This document shows positions 51,290 through 64,000 of a stretch of DNA of 64,000 nt, one piece after another; position 1 is the first letter of the stretch, and each line of letters begins with the position of its first letter. This stretch comes from Eledone cirrhosa (taxonomy: Eukaryota), in the NCBI GenBank assembly GCA_964016885.1, contig OZ024743.1, positions 233,058,001 through 233,122,000 on the forward strand, in the 5' to 3' direction. The notes under the pieces are model-generated. The model was not told the DNA's origin. It saw nothing but the letters and a program-made list of their open reading frames with translations, and did not search any database. Made by a program: the position numbers and the translations under genes.

Positions 51290-52900
51290 ATGGTTGTAGG
51301 ACTTTAGCTAACCTATAATCCACCTATGTAATATACAATCAAAAGCCTTCTGGTATTCCAGCCACACTACCATCAAGTTCCTGCGATTCTTTACTGTTTT
51401 TTTTCTACCAGTTTGTTAATTTGTAGCTGTTCTATACATCCCCACACCCCTTCTTCTCCCCAGCTTGCTCAAGTGTTCTAATGTTGTTGGAAGCACAATG
51501 ACCCTGCAAGAACAGACTGAGACATCCCGAGTATAATTTGTATGTGATGTTCTGGCAGGCCGTTATGCGGTAATTTTTAACAAGGGTGGTTTGGATATTT
51601 TGAGGTTATGAGGAGATTAGTTGATAACGATTGAGGCAGTTCTTGTATGTCCTTGATACTTTCTAGATACAACCGTAAAAGATCTCACCGATAGAAATTC
51701 TTCAGCCAGTAACCTGTTATGAGGTCCTGGCCTGGGGATTTCCTGTTTGACATTTTCTGTACAGCTGTTTCCAGTATTGCGCCGTCCATCTCATATTGCT
51801 TTTGCTGGACATCCTAACAGTCGTCTTGCTCAAGTTCTTTTAGCCTTACAGCTTGTTTGTTGAATTCGTCATTGTTTACCATACAGATCTCAACCTGATT
51901 CTTTGTCGGGGTGTCTTCTACAGAGATTGAACCTTTCAAATTGAAGCTACGATAGACTGACTTGGGATCTCTGGCAAATAATTCAGCATGTCGTTTATAC
52001 GCTGTAGGTTTATAATTTAGATTTTCAGCTGTAGATGTGAGTTGTTTGAGCTGGTATAGTTTGAAAGTTAGAGTTTTCAATCCTGTGTCTTTAAATCGCC
52101 TCTCCAGTTTTTTTATTTTTTTTGTTTTATTTTTTTGTCTTCTGATGCCGTCTGAAAATTTTCTGCCGTTACGTTCCATAACTACAACGATCTGTGAGAT
52201 ACTTCTTCGCAGCAACAAAATTATATTTTTTAAGTTACGTGCTCATGCTGATTCGGATTTTCTGCTTTTGTATCGATTGCGTAGCTCCAGCTGTTTGTGA
52301 TGCACTGGCAATGTGATAACTAAGACATATATTGAGTTTAACGGTTTCGTATGTTGTTTTCATACTTTTGGACTGTGTGGCCTTCAGATAATTGTCTGTT
52401 ATTTCGTTTACTGCCTCCAATTCTAATTTACTGGGTTCTTCACTTAGACTGCCATTCAAATTAAGGTTGTGGGCCTGTTGAAACATCATTCCAGGTGTCC
52501 ACATATTTTCGGTGTTCTATTTTTACAGTGGTAAAGTATTGATTTCAGCTAAATCGTTGATGTGTTGTTTACTGCAAGATTTAGCTGACCATTTTGTCTG
52601 TCCATCAGTGGTAGCGGTATGATTATCTTCAATGGTTGGCTTTGCAGAGCCAGCTTACTTTGAATCAGACAGGTCCATTAAATCTATCAATTTAAATCTA
52701 ATATGTTTTGTTTGTTCATTTAAATGTTTTAGGGAAAAGTCAAGTTCTGGGTGATTGGAGTTCCACAAATTATTTAGCCTTTGCTTAAAACCGAACTTTT
52801 GGGGGGTCAGGTTGTATATATGCCTCATATATATCTTTGTTAATATTGTAGCTCCATGTATTCAATGATTGTAGTCATGATTTTGTTGTAGCAGACTAAT
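51290..52900 (-). pseudogene. Decayed Dong/R4-like non-LTR element (pre-RT region and RT start)
   Basis: LFARDPKSVYR..P..FNKQA..LKELE, KSPGQDLITGYWLK, YR.TACQNITYKL, EQAG, NLMVVWLEYQKAFD. Confidence 0.65.
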
Positions 52901-53559
52901 ACGATTAGCCATGGTGATTTTGTCTATTCACTGATATTTGTATTTATCTTTCAAAATAGGCGATGATATTTAAACATTGTCTACAAAGTTTTGTCAGAAT
53001 TAAATTTAAAGTTGTCCACGACTTGGTTTTAATCCTACAGTTGTATTTAAACGTTTATATTTAGTGGGGTGGGAATTGTTTCCAAGCGTTGTTCGGCTTT
53101 TTTATGTTTGTAACGTTACCATGCCGTATTTATGTATGTTAAAATGTATGTAACGTTTATATTAATATGTTACGATATACGTAATATTTAAACATTTACG
53201 TATAAATATTTGGACATAGTCTTACCGCATTCTGTAGCTTAACTTTTCCAATATATGATATGTTGCCTTCATAAAAGCAGTAATTGCACACGTCCGATTA
53301 TCGGGCTGGCTACAGAGGTCGCCATTTTGTTATATCCATGTATGTATTTACGTACAAGCTCATCCAATCAATGTGATGTTATAGGATTACCAATGACATG
53401 CTATTATCGCAACTGATTGGATGGAATATATTGACAACACATCACACTATACTGTGTATCTAACTATATTTGTTTGTTTAACATCTGGTTTACACACACA
53501 TAGATTATATGTGTGTGTGTAATTGTATTCTGTATCTAAAAATATATACACGCAAACGC

Positions 53560-59035
<5,476 letters not shown>

Positions 59036-59036
<1 letters not shown>

Positions 59037-61219
59037 AACTTTGAATAACTTTGAAATGTTTTGGCCAGTATTGGCCCAGGCCATGTCTAACTTAATAGCA
59101 CCACCTGGCGAAGTCTTTCAATTCAGGATTTGGGCACCATGGCCCATTCGAGAAGAGAATTACTGTTTGCGGAGACATATCCGGGTGTGGGTGGTTTGTC
59201 CGGGATTACTTGGAGGAATTTGTCCAAAGACTTCTTGAATTTTGTGTGGTCAGTTTCTGTTTTGACGTGTCCTGGTGTGATGTTGAAGAGAGCAGGGCCG
59301 ATTGAGGTGAAATAATTGTGCCGTATTGTTGTTATGAGTTGCGATTTAGATTTTTGAATGGGACGGATAGCACGGGGCCCAAGCCTTGGGTGTATCTTGA
59401 AGGCGATGCCAACATCATTTGGGCAGTGATGATGGAACATTTTCCACATCATGCAGATAATATAACGCTCACGGCGACGTTGGAGTGAGTAAAGTTTCAG
59501 GTTTTCCAATCGACCCCAGTAGTCAAGGTCTGACATGCCATCTATCTTTTTCGTGATTGCCCTTTGAGGAGCTTCAAGTTTCATGATACTTTGTTTCGTG
59601 TGGGGAGACCACAGTGGACAACAGTATTCAAGGTGTGGTCGGGCGAAAGTAGAGAAGAGAAGGATAATGGTGCGGGAATCTCTCGACTGGAAGGTTCTGA
59701 GGATCCAGGAACACATTCTGCGGGCCATGTCAACTTTGCTGCTTATATGCGTGGTCCAGCTTATGTTGCTGTCCACGGTTACTCCCAAGTCTCTGATGTT
59801 GTTAGATGCCACGAGAGTTTCCCCGGAGGGAAGGGAGTACGGGAGTTTCAGAGCATCCTCTTTTCCAAAGTGGATCAGTTCGAATTTGTCTTCGTTCAGT
59901 AACATGTTGTTCTTTTCTGCCCATTGGGTAACAGCCAGTAGGTCTGACTGAAGGCTTATCCGGTCATCCACGCCATTGATGACCTTTTGGAGCTTGGAAT
60001 CATCAGCGAAAATTTTAATGTTGCTGTGTTTGATGATGTCAGTGATGTCATTAATATAGATGATGAAGAGAAGTGGGCCCAACACAGTGCCTTGTGGGAC
60101 TCCACTACTGACTTTGGCTGGGCTTGATTTGACTCCCTCAACTACAACATGTTGGGTTCTGTTTGACAGGAAGCTCTTGATCCACTGCAGCAGCTTTCCA
60201 GTGACACCAATATTGGACAGCTTTCTCAGTAGAATGTTATGATCAACCCTGTCAAAGGCCTTGCTGAAATCAAGGTAGATAACATCAGTGTTGGAACCCT
60301 CTCCCAAGGCTCTCAAAATGTCATCAAAGTGATGCAGTAGTTGCGTCAGGCAATCCCTTCCATTACGGAATCCATGCTGGTTGGAGTTCAGCATATTGTT
60401 ACTCTCAAGGAAGTGGGTCATTCGCGATCTCACCACTCGCTCAAATACCTTAATGATATGAGAGGTGAGTGAGATTGGACGGTAATTCACGGCAAGGGAT
60501 TTGTTTCCCTTTTTGAAAACTGGGACAACAGACTGGGATAGAAGGTTTTCTGGCACATATCCAGCATCCAGTGAGTTCCGCCACAGATTGGCAAGAGGAG
60601 AAGCAAGTTGGTGTTGACACGCCTTCAAGACACAAGCAGGGAACCTATCGGGACCTACTGCTGAATTATGCTTGATTTCCTTTATTGCCGCCAAGACATC
60701 AGGGGCGCCAAACGTTATGTCCGATAAGGTGTAATGGGGAGTAACATCGCCGATACAGCCCAGATCGGCCATATCAGGATTGCTGAAAACAGAGCAGTAT
60801 TGTTTCTGCAGTATCTCACCCATGGTTTTAGCATTGTCTTGAAGAGTGCCATTTTCATCAATTAGAGGGCCAACAGTAGAGCCAGTGATTTTGTGTTTTT
60901 TTGCAAATGAAAAGAACACTTTGGGATTGAGTTTGATCTTCTCAATGGCCCAGGCCTCTTCAGCTCTTCTCTGATTGTTGATGAGGGACATTATGTTGTT
61001 TTGGAGGTTATGTTTTTTAATCTCTAGTGATGAAATGGCAGTCAAGTTGATGTGTTGCTGCTGACAGTATTTCAGATTGTTGATTTTTTTGTTCGTTCTC
61101 TTAATTTTTCTGATGAGCGTTTTTCTATTTCTAGGGATTCTGCTCTTAGATTTGTTTATAGTTCTTAATGGGGTGTGTTTAGCACATATGTTTGTAACAG
61201 TGTCCACAAATGTCTGCCA
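59036..61219 (-). mobile_element. 5'-truncated CR1-type LINE with an uninterrupted RT frame (61219 to stop at 59123)
   Basis: [63 protein letters not shown]. Short 3'UTR ending in (TTCAAAGTTA)2. Confidence 0.88.
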
Positions 61220-61512
61220 TATATATATATATACATACATATATACATACATATATATATACATACATATATATATATATACATACATATATATATATAT
61301 ACATACATATATATATATATACATACATATATATATATACATACATATATATATATACATACATATATATATATACATACATATATATATATACATACAT
61401 ATATATATACATATATATATATATATACATACATATATATATACATATATATATATATATACATACATATATATATACATATATATATATATATACATAC
61501 ATATATATATAC

Positions 61513-61557
<45 letters not shown>

Positions 61558-61566
61558 CATACATAC

Positions 61567-61601
<35 letters not shown>

Positions 61602-61610
61602 CATATATAT

Positions 61611-61697
<87 letters not shown>

Positions 61698-61728
61698 CAT
61701 ACATACATATATATATATATATACATAC

Positions 61729-61801
<73 letters not shown>

Positions 61802-61816
61802 CATACATACATACAT

Positions 61817-61851
<35 letters not shown>

Positions 61852-61922
61852 CATACATATACATATATATACATATATATATATATATACATACATATAC
61901 ATATATATATATATATACATAC

Positions 61923-61965
<43 letters not shown>

Positions 61966-62006
61966 CATACACATATATATACATATATATATATATATAT
62001 ACATAC

Positions 62007-62045
<39 letters not shown>

Positions 62046-62156
62046 CATACACATATATATACATATATATATATATATATACATACATATACATATATAT
62101 ATACATATATATATACATACATATATACATATATATATATATACATATACATATAC

Positions 62157-62191
<35 letters not shown>

Positions 62192-62688
62192 CATATATAC
62201 ATACATATACATATATATACATACATATACATATATATACATACATATACATACATATACATATATATACATATACATACATATACATATATATACATAT
62301 ACATACATATACATATATATATACATATACATATACATATACATACATATACATATATATACATATACATACATATACATATACATACATATACATATAC
62401 ATATACATACATATACATATATATATATACATACATATACATATACATACATATACATATATATATATACATACATATACATATATATATATACATACAT
62501 ATACATATATATATATACATACATATACATATATATATATACATACATATACATATATACATACATATACATATATATATATATACATACATATACATAT
62601 ATATATATACATACATATACATATATATATATACATACATATACATATATATATATACATACATATACATATATATATATACATACAT

Positions 62689-62721
<33 letters not shown>

Positions 62722-62913
62722 TACATATACATATATATATATACATACATATACATATATACATACATATACATATATATATACATATACATATACATAC
62801 ACATATATATATATACATACATATACATATATACATATACATATATACATATACATATATATATACATACTTGTACATATATACATATATACATACATAC
62901 ATACATATATATA
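61220..62913. repeat. 1.7-kb compound (TA)/(TACA) microsatellite
   Basis: Directly visible. Confidence 0.95.
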
Positions 62914-64000
62914 CTTAGAAATATTATTGAACAGTATAGCAAGAAGCATAATAGAATAGAGGCCCAGCAACTGGGAGAAGAATCTGCAAATGGCTTGCGT
63001 AAGCTCATGCAGCGCTCGCGTAATGGAGAGATAGCATGCTTTCCAACAGACAAGTCTGGCAGAATGTCGGTTGACAGCCTGCCAAACTACATCCAGGCAA
63101 TGCAACCCCACATCACTAACACAAGAGAGGTAACACCACAGGAGCATGAGGATAGAGAAAAAACCCTCAATGCCCATATGGTGATGTGGACAAATATAAT
63201 GCAGCCCAACAAAAGGACTGCCAACAACTTCCAGGCCTGGAACAATGACGTGCCGGCGTTGTATGGGCTTCGTAAAGACCATAAAACGGGCTGGGACCCT
63301 GTCGCGGGACCACCAACACGGCCAGTCTGTGGGGCTAACATTGCTAGTAACTACAGACTGTCCTACTTCCTCTCCCTGATCATACGCCCCATCATTGAGA
63401 TGTCCCCAGATGTGTGTGACAGCACGGAGGACCTCCTCAGCAGAATCGGCGCGGGTAACCGATCTGGGGACCTAACAAACTGCATAATAGGCAGTATGGA
63501 TGTTGTGTCCCTGTATCCATCTATTGACGTGGATTTTGCTGTAGAGAAATGCGTCGAAATGATCAGCGAGAGCAAGGTTGAGTTCCGTGGGATTGATACC
63601 AGTGAGCTGGGACTTCTACTTAAGCTTACCCATAGTAATAGTTACCTAGACACTTATGACCTTAGCAACCTGTGCCCTACAAGACCAGCAAGAGGCAGAC
63701 CACCTACCATTACCTCAATGGCCAAGAAAACCCACACAGATAGATGGAACGGGTGGACCAGAGCCATACGGACACCCGAAAACCATGATGAACTGAAGAA
63801 AATGATTGCACATGCGGTAGGGGCCAGCATAAAACTAACCCTTAAGGAACATATGTTCAAATTTAATGGTAAAACATATGCCCAAGAGGAAGGAGCAGCC
63901 ATTGGTGTTAGCATTGCAGGCGACATAGCTAACTTATTCATGGTATGGTGGGACAGTAGACTTAAACAAAAACTTAATGAACAATTAGAAGACAGCTTAA
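62914..64000 (+). CDS. Penelope-like RT, 5'-truncated, open to the window edge (not in the ORF track)
   Basis: Manual translation of about 362 codons with no stop: [37 protein letters not shown], a long insert, [31 protein letters not shown]. Confidence 0.85.

Noticed and set aside
61220-62902. N-terminal half of the 1259-aa ORF 59123-62902
   Set aside because: Microsatellite read-through in frame with the truncated CR1 RT; real homology starts at WQTF (61219).

Overview
Eukaryotic, AT-rich, repeat-saturated DNA with no recognisable host gene. The SINE and microsatellite landscape resembles an octopod cephalopod genome (inference, not verified). The window contains: three Penelope-like elements (PLEs), two of them Naiad-type with a C-terminal GIY-YIG domain seen in one, and one whose RT ORF runs off the right edge and is missing from the ORF track; three long decayed Tx1/L1-clade LINEs plus a 3' stub; a young 5'-truncated CR1-type LINE; RTE, CRE-like and Dong/R4-like LINE fragments; Gypsy and mariner relics; a non-autonomous Helitron; about 15 copies of one tRNA-derived SINE; a 3-kb G/T-skewed satellite; and very long (TA/CA)n tracts that generate most of the spurious ORFs. 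Three hand-read signals stand out. (1) At least six minimal type-I hammerhead ribozyme motifs lie in small PLE-terminus fragments next to (TA)n, one of them textbook-intact at 4364-4408. (2) Four related hairpin insertions each fold back at about hammerhead stem II and keep only the GAAA/stem III/GUC half. (3) The dominant SINE shares its 3' terminus and an (ATT)n insertion context with the Tx1-clade LINEs, suggesting a stringent SINE-Tx1 partnership. All calls come from reading the sequence by eye; no database search or RNA folding was run.
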